Positions 55,931 through 64,000 of a stretch of DNA of 64,000 nucleotides are shown in pieces; within the stretch, counting starts at the first letter, position 1, and each line of letters starts with the position of its first letter. Source of the stretch: a virus; IMG/VR virus record IMGVR_UViG_3300032298_000540, positions 1 through 64,000 of that record. The stretch is one strand, 5' to 3'. The position numbers and the translations under genes were made by a program. The notes under the pieces were generated by a model. It searched no databases. It saw only the letters and a program-made list of their open reading frames with translations, and had not been told where the DNA came from.

Positions 55931-57089
55931 ACAAACCTTAGTTAATCTAGGTACCCAACCTTTAGTCAACAACTTGTGTAAGACAAGGAAGGAAGCTCTA
56001 TCAGCTAAACGCTATCCATTGAAGGCGACCATAGATGACAAGCTAGTTATTAAACTTAATACTGCTGTACCACCAGACAAGTTATACAAGAACTACCTTT
56101 ATCATTCAGGAGTCAACAGGCCTTACATTAACCACTGCTACCTTCTCTGGCACAAACTAAAACATCTCACACACAATACCATTATTGACATTGGAGGAAA
56201 CGATGGCACACTCCTTAAAGCTTTTCAATCGCAGACAACAGATAAACTACGTTTGATTAATGTAGATGCCAGTACTTCTTTCTTAGAAGAAAATCGTATT
56301 GCCAATATTGAATACGTTAATGCATACTTCAATAAAGACTTAGCCTTACCTAAAGCTGATCTAATAATCTCTACTAATGTATTTCAACATACTTCAGATG
56401 CCCGTAAATTTGTTGAAGGCATCAAGGAACACCTAGATGGTGTATGGATTCTTGAATTTCCTTACACGTTAAATACCCTTAAGACTTTACAGTTTGATCA
56501 GTTTTATCACGAACATTATTACTATTGGCTTGTGTCACCGCTACAAAAATTATTTGAAGAGTATGACCTACACATCTTTAATGCAGAAGAACTTCCTATA
56601 CATGGGGGAACAATGCGTCTATGGATAACAAATAAAGAAGTCTATGCCAGTACAAACGCGCATCTTGGCTTTATAAAGCAAGAACAGGAGTTTGATTTTA
56701 AACAATGCCGTTCTAAACTTGATGTAAAAATTGTAAAAGATATATGTTTTCTTAATAATCTAGAAGGAGAGACTGCCTACTTTGGGGCAGCGGCCAAAGG
56801 ATGTGTATACCTGAATGCATTAGATGTAACAACTGCTACTAAACCCAGGGCTTATGTTGTTGATGACACTATATCCAAACAAGGTCTATACGTTCCTGGT
56901 ACTGGGATGCAAATTATGGATCGTGATTACCTATACAAGAATCAACCAGATAATTTGATTGTGTTAGCCCACAACTTTAAAGATTACATTATCAAAAGTT
57001 TAAGGCCTCACTACAAAGGACGTATTATTACAATGCTTCCTGCCACCGAGATTAGTATGTATAGTGACTATATGAATGATCTGGAATGA
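55848..57089 (+). CDS. NDP-sugar C-methyltransferase-like protein (start possibly 55893)
   Basis: LG.QPL.N, IDIGGNDG.LL, FDQFYHEH..Y, IHGG.MR, GAAAKG, KQGLYVPG, LAHNF. Confidence 0.88.
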   Translation: MLRLLTKTIQSITGNMIQPERNDLGGSEQTLVNLGTQPLVNNLCKTRKEALSAKRYPLKATIDDKLVIKLNTAVPPDKLYKNYLYHSGVNRPYINHCYLLWHKLKHLTHNTIIDIGGNDGTLLKAFQSQTTDKLRLINVDASTSFLEENRIANIEYVNAYFNKDLALPKADLIISTNVFQHTSDARKFVEGIKEHLDGVWILEFPYTLNTLKTLQFDQFYHEHYYYWLVSPLQKLFEEYDLHIFNAEELPIHGGTMRLWITNKEVYASTNAHLGFIKQEQEFDFKQCRSKLDVKIVKDICFLNNLEGETAYFGAAAKGCVYLNALDVTTATKPRAYVVDDTISKQGLYVPGTGMQIMDRDYLYKNQPDNLIVLAHNFKDYIIKSLRPHYKGRIITMLPATEISMYSDYMNDLE

Positions 57090-58426
57090 TGACTAAACTT
57101 GCTGTCTTCTATCATGTGTTTCCTTGTGAACCTCATGCATGGGAAGCCATGTACCAAGAACAGATGGGAGCAGTTTGGTTGAGTGGTCTTTATGATTCCC
57201 TAGATTATTTTCATATAGGAGTAAATGGAGATCCCTCTTTAATCAAAGCTCCAGCCAAGGCTGTCGTAATAGAAAATACTAACAAGACAGAAGAAACAAA
57301 TACGTTAGAAGCGTTACATACCTGGGCAAAAGCTAATCCAGATTCGTATGTATTGTATATGCATACCAAAGGAATCTCACGTATAGATCAACCAGACTTC
57401 AAGTATGTAGAAGATTGGCGTCATTGCATGGAATATTTTACAATTCATAACTGGTCTAAGTGTGTGTCTTATCTAGACGAGGGGTATGCAACAACAGGAA
57501 TCAACTGGCAAACACAAACAATGCTAGGTGACTACCCCCATTTCTCTGGAGGATTCTGGTGGGCAAACACCAACTACATTGCAGCCTTGACCGATGAGTA
57601 CCTGCTTCATAAACCGGTACGTTACTTTAGAGAATTCTGGATCGGTAGTAATAATCCAACAGTTAAAAACCAATGGGAAACAGGATTAAATAAATTAAAT
57701 AACGCTCAGCATTATGCACAACCTTACCCTAAAACCAGTTATAGTAAAAAATATCTGACAGATACTGAGCCTCCCAAGATGACAACAACTCAAACCAAAC
57801 CAAAACTATCTGCTCTTTCCTGGTGTAACCCAGCAAATGACATTGTAGAAATCCTAGATAAACACAAGGTAAATGGGTTTGAATATCCAGGTGGAACAGA
57901 TAAAAACAGTCTGCACAACTACACAGGGATCTATGATCATGTGCTGAAAAGTTATCGTAACTCCCCTGGAACCCTACTAGAGATAGGTATACAGCATGGT
58001 GGATCTTCTTTATTGTGGCATGATTACCTACCTCAATTTTCTTTACATCTAGTTGATATTGCAGATGTTGTCCCTAGTAAAATCTGGAACAGCATGGACG
58101 AAGATCGTTATAAATTCTATTGTACTAATGCATATGATGATAGTTTAGTACAACGGTTTAAAGAAGAAGTACCCAACGGTTTTGATATTATTATTGATGA
58201 TGGTCCACACTCTTTACATAGTCAAAACTTTGTTGTGGACAATTACTTTCCCTTATTAAATCTTAATGGTATTTTAATAATTGAAGATATTCAAGACAGT
58301 AATCATCTTGATGTTTTAACCAGTCGGCTGCCTGCAGAACACCGTAGTTCTGTACGTACATTTGACGTACGCCGAACCAAAGGTAGGTATGACGATTTGA
58401 TCTGGACAGTAACCAAGACCTGCTAA
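57086..58426 (+). CDS. Fusion of glycosyltransferase-like domain and sugar O-methyltransferase-like domain
   Basis: YMHTKG and HFSG.FWW in N-terminal half; TDK..H.Y...Y, LLEIG...GGS..LW, FDIIIDDG.H, IIED in C-terminal half. Confidence 0.8.
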   Translation: MMTKLAVFYHVFPCEPHAWEAMYQEQMGAVWLSGLYDSLDYFHIGVNGDPSLIKAPAKAVVIENTNKTEETNTLEALHTWAKANPDSYVLYMHTKGISRIDQPDFKYVEDWRHCMEYFTIHNWSKCVSYLDEGYATTGINWQTQTMLGDYPHFSGGFWWANTNYIAALTDEYLLHKPVRYFREFWIGSNNPTVKNQWETGLNKLNNAQHYAQPYPKTSYSKKYLTDTEPPKMTTTQTKPKLSALSWCNPANDIVEILDKHKVNGFEYPGGTDKNSLHNYTGIYDHVLKSYRNSPGTLLEIGIQHGGSSLLWHDYLPQFSLHLVDIADVVPSKIWNSMDEDRYKFYCTNAYDDSLVQRFKEEVPNGFDIIIDDGPHSLHSQNFVVDNYFPLLNLNGILIIEDIQDSNHLDVLTSRLPAEHRSSVRTFDVRRTKGRYDDLIWTVTKTC

Positions 58427-58468
58427 CATAACACAAGACAATTATTCCCACCTAACCAAAGCAATCCC

Positions 58469-58669
58469 ATGGCACTCACCAAACAAGTAGATGACTCTGT
58501 AAACGAAGCAATCGCAAGCTTACGTAATGGCTTAGCTTTCTCCGCTCGTGGAGAACACCCTATTATTATCCAAGCTTTATCTGAAGTTCTTCTTAAGTTA
58601 GATGCTATTAAAAGCATTGAACACTTCATCAATAGAGCAAGTGATCCATCTAAGTGTGGTCCCTATTAA
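58469..58669 (+). CDS. Hypothetical protein
   Basis: LRN.LAFSAR.E.P motif recalled from cyanophages. Confidence 0.6.
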   Translation: MALTKQVDDSVNEAIASLRNGLAFSARGEHPIIIQALSEVLLKLDAIKSIEHFINRASDPSKCGPY

Positions 58670-59742
58670 GCAAAGGGAACCCGTTGACCTCTAGGATTTA
58701 TCTTATCCCAAATAGGAGACGGTCTAAACTTTGGATCACCGGGAGTTTTAATTTGATTTGGATTCCATCCTTCAGTAGGAAGAGGAGTATAAGGTCCACT
58801 TGGTTCAGTAGCCATTAGTTTATTTTCATCTTCAAATACACTTAAGTTATTTAATAAACTAACAGTATTTGAAAATTCTTCAGTAGGAGAAGTTCTTTGT
58901 TCTGTTTGCTCTATTTTAGATTTTTTTAATTGTGTTAATAAGTCATCATATTTAGTTAATGTTTCATCTTTACTAACAGAAGAAGTTTGTGGTGTTACCT
59001 TTGCTACAAAATTCTCATATGTTTTTTCTGGTGTTTCTGATAACCCTGGTCCTGTTGAAGGACTGTTTTTAAAAGGCTCTATTAGGTTATATCCCTCTCC
59101 AGGTTTGAATTTAGAGCCAGGTGTAATAATGGGGATAATACCCCTGGGATCATATGAACGTGGATCTGTATAACCAGAAGGACCTGGTTTAACTTGAGCT
59201 ACAAAATTCTCGTATCTACTCTCAGGTGTTTCTGAACTAGCACTTTTTGTAGGTGATTTTGGTTCGGGTGGTTTTGGTTCAGGTGCTTTATACCCAGGAC
59301 CTAGTGTGCCACTTTTAGGCCATTGAATATTAAAAGGATCTCCATATCCTGCCTTACCAGATTGATTATATCCAGCAATTAAATCTCCTTGATTAGTATT
59401 ATTTAAAAGATTTTCAAATTGATTTTTTTTATTTTCTTCTTCTTCATTTAAAGAAGAGTTTTCTACCTTTACAGTGGTGTCTTCTTTTGTAGAGTCAGCA
59501 GCTTTTCCATAGTCTACAGTTTGTGAAATCCCTTGTGGCATAGATTCAAGTTGTCTTCTCCTAGAATATTCTTCAAATGATTCACTCTTTGGAGCTACTA
59601 TACCGTTAAGTGCATCAAGAGCTGTTTGATTTTGTACTATTTTGTAATATTGTTTTGCCTGATCAACCGTTGCAGGTGAATAAACAGGAGTACCCCAGCC
59701 TCTGCGTATAGTTTCAAATTCCTGTAAATAATCTTTAGCCAT
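58666..59742 (-). CDS. Hypothetical low-complexity protein
   Basis: 358 aa; internal repeat SETPE..YENFVA.V.P. Confidence 0.65.
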   Translation of the reverse strand: MAKDYLQEFETIRRGWGTPVYSPATVDQAKQYYKIVQNQTALDALNGIVAPKSESFEEYSRRRQLESMPQGISQTVDYGKAADSTKEDTTVKVENSSLNEEEENKKNQFENLLNNTNQGDLIAGYNQSGKAGYGDPFNIQWPKSGTLGPGYKAPEPKPPEPKSPTKSASSETPESRYENFVAQVKPGPSGYTDPRSYDPRGIIPIITPGSKFKPGEGYNLIEPFKNSPSTGPGLSETPEKTYENFVAKVTPQTSSVSKDETLTKYDDLLTQLKKSKIEQTEQRTSPTEEFSNTVSLLNNLSVFEDENKLMATEPSGPYTPLPTEGWNPNQIKTPGDPKFRPSPIWDKINPRGQRVPFA

Positions 59743-59798
59743 TTAACTTCTTACTATCACTTTATATATTCTACTAGTAAAAAATTTAAGATTTAAAT

Positions 59799-59996
59799 TT
59801 ATTTCTTTTTAGGTGTTCTTGCTTTCTTGCTAGCTTTCTTAGCTGCTTCCGTATTAGGTACAAATTGTTTACCTTGTTTACTACCAGCTTTTTTCTTTGC
59901 GTCAGTTTTAGCTCGTTCTTCTTTTGATAAAGAAGCCCATGCTTTCTCTGGTAGGTAACGTTTAGTCTGATCAGGTTGTATTGCTTTGTCAGCCAT
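59799..59996 (-). CDS. Basic protein, C-terminal half of DUF5872-type protein
   Basis: TKRYLP.KAW..LS.EE...TD.KK..GSK.GKQFV.NT. Confidence 0.7.
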   Translation of the reverse strand: MADKAIQPDQTKRYLPEKAWASLSKEERAKTDAKKKAGSKQGKQFVPNTEAAKKASKKARTPKKK

Positions 59997-59999
59997 GAT

Positions 60000-60230
60000 T
60001 TAACCTAATATGCCAGTAGTTGCTTGCATAATGATAAATTTAATTTCATCTGAATATGGGCTATTTTTTAATTCGGACATTTTAAAGGGAGATTGAAAAT
60101 TTAATGCTGCATGCTTTAACTCAGGGTTTGTTGATTGAGTTGCATACCGCTGCATTATTTGTTTGTCAGGCATTACGTCTGGTTCAAAATATGGCCTATT
60201 GTTTTGTGTGTATTTACCAGCTAATTCCAT
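60000..60230 (-). CDS. Hypothetical protein
   Basis: 76 aa, TAATG-coupled to 60230-60514. Confidence 0.6.
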   Translation of the reverse strand: MELAGKYTQNNRPYFEPDVMPDKQIMQRYATQSTNPELKHAALNFQSPFKMSELKNSPYSDEIKFIIMQATTGILG

Positions 60231-60514
60231 TACTTACTCTCCTTATATTTTTTAGCAGCAGCTTTAGCTTTACTACGTTTTTCGTATTCATCTTTTGTTT
60301 GCCATTTTTCTTTCCCCCATTTTTCCAACGATTTTTGTTTAGAGTCTTTTCCACCTTGGTACCCACCACCAGCTTTTTCATATTCTTGTGCAACAAGTTG
60401 AGCCCTCCTAGCACTCCATTGACCAGGCTTCCCTGCTTTGCTACCTGCCATTATACGATCTTTGATACGTTCACGTAACTCAGGCTTAGTATATTTGTTA
60501 GCATCTTGTGACAT
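60230..60514 (-). CDS. DUF5872-type protein, N-terminal half
   Basis: YTKPELRERIK..I.AGSK.GKPGQWSAR.AQL....Y...GGGY...W..E.WQTK. Confidence 0.75.
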   Translation of the reverse strand: MSQDANKYTKPELRERIKDRIMAGSKAGKPGQWSARRAQLVAQEYEKAGGGYQGGKDSKQKSLEKWGKEKWQTKDEYEKRSKAKAAAKKYKESK

Positions 60515-61062
60515 TAACTACTCCTTAAAGTAGCTTTAACCATCCATGCAGCCTTAAAGATTTCTCCTGCTAGTTCTGCTATATAATTTTGAATATCAAT
60601 AGCATGCACCTTAGCAGCAAGAGCTTCTACTTTCTTGCAGTGCATAGCAAAATCTTCTAAGTTTTTATAGTATGTAACTAACATATCATTTGCTTTATAG
60701 CTAGTAACATCTTTAAATGCAGGACAGCTATCAGCTAATCCCTTGGAACACATAGGCATTAGATAATCCATAGAACGTATGAATTCACCTAAGTTATCAA
60801 ACTGTTCTTGATGTGCTTCATATTGTTTCTTTAGGAATTCATGGACACCAAAGAAATTTGGTGCTTCATAATTTAAATGTATTAGATGTGCCTGTGTTCT
60901 CAGTTCTGTTAATTGAGCACAGAGTGAAATACATTCTTGTATAAAAGATGCAATGTCTTCATCGGTAGATTTTGCAGGTAGATTTACTTTAGTAGGTTGA
61001 GATACCTCTTGAGTAGCAGGGGTTTGAGGTTGTCTAACCATTTGTGGTCCAGGGGTATACAT
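60514..61062 (-). CDS. dps: Dps/ferritin-like protein
   Basis: H.IHLN...NFFGVHEFL..QYE.....FD.LGE.IR ferroxidase pattern; K..WMV. Confidence 0.8.
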   Translation of the reverse strand: MYTPGPQMVRQPQTPATQEVSQPTKVNLPAKSTDEDIASFIQECISLCAQLTELRTQAHLIHLNYEAPNFFGVHEFLKKQYEAHQEQFDNLGEFIRSMDYLMPMCSKGLADSCPAFKDVTSYKANDMLVTYYKNLEDFAMHCKKVEALAAKVHAIDIQNYIAELAGEIFKAAWMVKATLRSS

Positions 61063-61139
61063 ACAATCTTTACTATTACATATAGTCTATCAAAGTTTAT
61101 TTTAAAAATCTTAAATTAGAATAAGAAAAAGAGTTTGTT

Positions 61140-61475
61140 ATGGCTAACGCAGAAAGTTTCTTTGTTACATACGATACATTAACAGCACCTGGATCTGGAG
61201 TTGCGACACCTGTTCAACTAGGTAGTTCTATTAGCACAAGGAATTATATTTTGTTTGTTACTGTTGCATCTGTTAACACTAACGTCATTGTTGCGTTAGA
61301 AGGTTCTATTGATGGTACAAATTATTCAAAAATAATTGCTAACAATACTATTACTGCTAATGGTACAACTCATTACAATATTGCTAATCACCCAGTTAAA
61401 TTTGTACAACCTGTTTTTGTATCTGAATCAGGTGGTACAGCAGCTACTGTATTGTTCAGTGTAGGGGCAAATTAG
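61140..61475 (+). CDS. Small beta-rich putative structural protein
   Basis: V.LEGS.DG.NY motif. Confidence 0.65.
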   Translation: MANAESFFVTYDTLTAPGSGVATPVQLGSSISTRNYILFVTVASVNTNVIVALEGSIDGTNYSKIIANNTITANGTTHYNIANHPVKFVQPVFVSESGGTAATVLFSVGAN

Positions 61476-62124
61476 ATTCTTGTTCTTTTAGGGTATCCCA
61501 GAAGTAATCAGTCTCATCACCTAAAGCAAGACGATCATATGTATTTTCTACTTGGTAATACTGAGTAGATACTTTAAAGTCAGGTGTTTTTGGTTCTGCT
61601 GGTGTCAAACTATTATCATAGATTCTCATTCTGTTATTAGGGTAGAGAGCATATTGACCATTCTCTAACTCAATTAAATTAAAAGATTTATGCTCAGCAG
61701 GACTTTCACTGGTAGCATAATCAATTACATCAGGATCTTGATGATAATTATCTATAGTACAAAGATAAATTCCTTTTTGGTTTCCATGATCACGAGTACG
61801 AATCTCATAATCCATTGAACCAATAAATTGTTTCTGTACAACAGTTATTCCATAGTCCATACAATTCCAAAACTGTAAGTTTGGAAGACTCATATCAGGA
61901 GAAGGCGTAGTAGGTGATGAAGTGAATGCACTGATAGGCAACTTATCATACATAGCTGCATACTCAGGTAGATAAGTTTCAAAATAAAAGGTGCGTCCAG
62001 GCATTGACTTAACAGATACCCACACACCTTTAACAAATTCACCCCATCCACCTTGGTGATCCATCAAATATTCTTTACGTACCCATACTTCTTGTGATGG
62101 AAGATTAGCAATCAAACAAGCCAT
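61456..62124 (-). CDS. Conserved phage hypothetical protein
   Basis: LIANLP...VWVRKEYL.DH..G.GEF, YDKLPISAF, LQFWNC, EHKS.N.I.L.NGQ.ALYPNNR. Confidence 0.8.
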   Translation of the reverse strand: MACLIANLPSQEVWVRKEYLMDHQGGWGEFVKGVWVSVKSMPGRTFYFETYLPEYAAMYDKLPISAFTSSPTTPSPDMSLPNLQFWNCMDYGITVVQKQFIGSMDYEIRTRDHGNQKGIYLCTIDNYHQDPDVIDYATSESPAEHKSFNLIELENGQYALYPNNRMRIYDNSLTPAEPKTPDFKVSTQYYQVENTYDRLALGDETDYFWDTLKEQESNLPLH

Positions 62125-62147
62125 CTGTATCTTTTAGCTATATTTTA

Positions 62148-62294
62148 TTATTCTATAAGATCATTTGTAAAAACGTCTAGGTCAATACCCTTTAAAGCAG
62201 CACAAGCTTTCTTGTAAAAATAACAGTCTGTCTTGCCTGCTTCTTCTAGGGCAGCTTTAACTTTTTCCCATTTCTTGATCTGATCTTCATCCAT
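62148..62294 (-). CDS. Small cyanophage hypothetical protein (48 aa)
   Basis: W.KVK.ALE.AGKTDC.FY..A; TGATG coupling. Confidence 0.6.
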   Translation of the reverse strand: MDEDQIKKWEKVKAALEEAGKTDCYFYKKACAALKGIDLDVFTNDLIE

Positions 62295-62674
62295 CAGAAA
62301 ACTGTTTGTTCTTTCTTAAGGTTTGACATAAGAACAACAGCTTGCGCATGTTCTTTACCACTACGTTCGAGTTCATCTATAGCTACCTTCATGATTGCTT
62401 CAAAGAAATCCTCAGAAGAAAGGTCACCTTCTGAAACAAATTCAGTGTAGCTGTCGTACAAATAGTTGTACAACCTAGTTTTTTGCTCTTCTTTATTCTT
62501 AGCTATCTCTTCTTCTGTCCTTTCTTTTAAAGGAGGAAGCTCACTTGTCACATAGTAAAATGTTTCACGGCTTTCTTTAGAGGGAGAAGGAGAACTATGG
62601 AAAGAACTAAAAAGATCCTGTTGACTTTTCTTCCACTCTTCGTAAACAGGATTGGTGAAACCGGAGTAAGTCAT
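62294..62674 (-). CDS. Hypothetical protein
   Basis: 126-aa ORF. Confidence 0.6.
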   Translation of the reverse strand: MTYSGFTNPVYEEWKKSQQDLFSSFHSSPSPSKESRETFYYVTSELPPLKERTEEEIAKNKEEQKTRLYNYLYDSYTEFVSEGDLSSEDFFEAIMKVAIDELERSGKEHAQAVVLMSNLKKEQTVF

Positions 62675-62793
62675 GGATAGCTTGGTGGTAACCTTCTAAC
62701 CAAGAAGGGTCTTGTACTTCTTTAACATAGCGCAAATACTCACGATCTAACAGGTTAATAGACTTTAGATTTTGTGTGGATTCCACGACATAG

Positions 62794-63048
62794 TTACTGA
62801 TTGGATTCAGTTATAGCATCTTCTTCTTCTACAAGTTGTTCTGCTACCTGTCTAAGGGCTACATCCAATTGAAAATCCTTAATGAATTGTAACTTTGCAA
62901 AGTATTCATTACGACAATGTTCAGCAGCTTCTCCCTTGAAGCGTTCCCATAAACCAGTATACAAATGATTAGCAGGCTGGTACACCTCATAGAGATGTTC
63001 CATGAAATCAGCTTTCTGCTGTTCTTTTATGGGATCAGAATAGATCAT
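62794..63048 (-). CDS. Hypothetical protein
   Basis: Q.KADFM.HLY......YTGLW motif. Confidence 0.65.
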   Translation of the reverse strand: MIYSDPIKEQQKADFMEHLYEVYQPANHLYTGLWERFKGEAAEHCRNEYFAKLQFIKDFQLDVALRQVAEQLVEEEDAITESNQ

Positions 63049-63238
63049 TGGTATTCACATCGGTAATACTGGTGTAGATACCTAGTACATCAGGAGAAAC
63101 TTCCATCAATAGGTTATGCATCTGATCTTCTATTAAGTCTGCTATCTTTTCAGGGGTATTTCCCTTAAACGGATCATAACATACTTCAAGATCTACCGCA
63201 TATGAAATGCGGACAATAGGCTTCAATTCAGTTTTCAT
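63035..63238 (-). CDS. Hypothetical protein
   Basis: 67-aa ORF. Confidence 0.55.
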   Translation of the reverse strand: MKTELKPIVRISYAVDLEVCYDPFKGNTPEKIADLIEDQMHNLLMEVSPDVLGIYTSITDVNTNDLF

Positions 63239-63264
63239 CTTATCGATGAGGGTACCTGCGCAGT

Positions 63265-63489
63265 CTAACGTTCTTTTGGTGGTGTGACACCAAGCCCTAA
63301 TAAAGTAGCAAGCAAAGCTGACAAGGTGCCAGCAGCTCTTTCTCCTGGAGCTTTACATACACTTGTTGTATTTTCATTTGCTCCTGCTTGAGGTAAAAGA
63401 TAAAACATACAAGCTGCCCAATCAGCTACTGATACTGTTGAAATTGTAACAACAACAATAAGAACAGAAGTAGAAAGCCAACGTCCCAT
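63265..63489 (-). CDS. Two-TM membrane protein
   Basis: Two hydrophobic helices with a Cys pair. Confidence 0.6.
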   Translation of the reverse strand: MGRWLSTSVLIVVVTISTVSVADWAACMFYLLPQAGANENTTSVCKAPGERAAGTLSALLATLLGLGVTPPKER

Positions 63490-63749
63490 TACCCCTCCAG
63501 TAAACGTTCTAATGTATGAACCTGTTGCTGCTGATACACACCTAATCGTTCTTCTATTAGATTGTTATAAGCAATTGCTGCATCTACTAACTCGGCAGGT
63601 TCTGAATTAGAACATACTGAATCATTTGAAATGAGGGCAGCCACTAGTATGGTTACCCTCATTTCTTGCTTGGTACCAATCAAAGCAGGTAAAGGTGTAC
63701 CACCATTTGTGAATGACTCTAACAATTGATATAGTTGTTGAGAATCCAC
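63489..63749 (-). CDS. Hypothetical protein
   Basis: 86 aa, TAATG-coupled. Confidence 0.6.
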   Translation of the reverse strand: MDSQQLYQLLESFTNGGTPLPALIGTKQEMRVTILVAALISNDSVCSNSEPAELVDAAIAYNNLIEERLGVYQQQQVHTLERLLEG

Positions 63750-63779
63750 AATATCTTAGCCGTTATCTTCACTGTAGCA

Positions 63780-63995
63780 TTACTTATCTGACTTAATACC
63801 GTAGTACCAATAGGCTCTGGCTGCTGTTAGATGAAACCGTTTACCTGCTAATAACTTAAGTCTTTTATTCTCCATCTCTTCAAACTCTTCTTCTTGGTAC
63901 GGTAAGACATCATCTTCTGGCATGAGCGAACGACTAATGTCATTCATCTCAATTTGAATACTAAAGTCTTCTGCTGCATGGTTATGGCATGACAT
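63780..63995 (-). CDS. Hypothetical protein (may extend beyond the window)
   Basis: 71-aa ORF at window edge. Confidence 0.45.
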   Translation of the reverse strand: MSCHNHAAEDFSIQIEMNDISRSLMPEDDVLPYQEEEFEEMENKRLKLLAGKRFHLTAARAYWYYGIKSDK

Positions 63996-64000
63996 ACGTA

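Overview
This 64-kb window is most of a tailed dsDNA cyanophage genome. It resembles the freshwater S-EIV1-type lineage, judged from the major capsid protein, portal, TerL and an nblA-like gene; this is recognition from memory, not a database search. Layout: (i) 1-2.6 kb, leftward early operon of small genes whose intergenic spacers hold structured RNAs, namely a canonical type II hammerhead ribozyme, two copies of a covarying pseudoknot and two copies of a covarying three-way-junction/T-loop element; (ii) 2.6-3.0 kb, non-coding switch region with 26-bp-periodic repeats; (iii) 3.3-34 kb, rightward virion and packaging module with TerL carrying two inteins, portal overlapping the scaffold gene by 545 nt, MCP, a circularly permuted M23 peptidase and lysozymes; (iv) 34-38 kb, nblA-like, DUF3310, dcd, an atypical MTase and HTH genes; (v) 38.6-46.7 kb, tail fibres, KilA-N, holin and endolysin; (vi) 47-64 kb, HNH genes, an inverted-repeat origin candidate, glycosyltransferase/methyltransferase cassette, speD, primase-helicase, exonuclease, Dps and small ORFs. 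The two most striking observations are an HNH endonuclease written in the +1 frame inside the second TerL intein, and the ribozyme/structured-RNA punctuation of the early operon. No tRNA, rRNA, CRISPR array or reverse transcriptase was seen.
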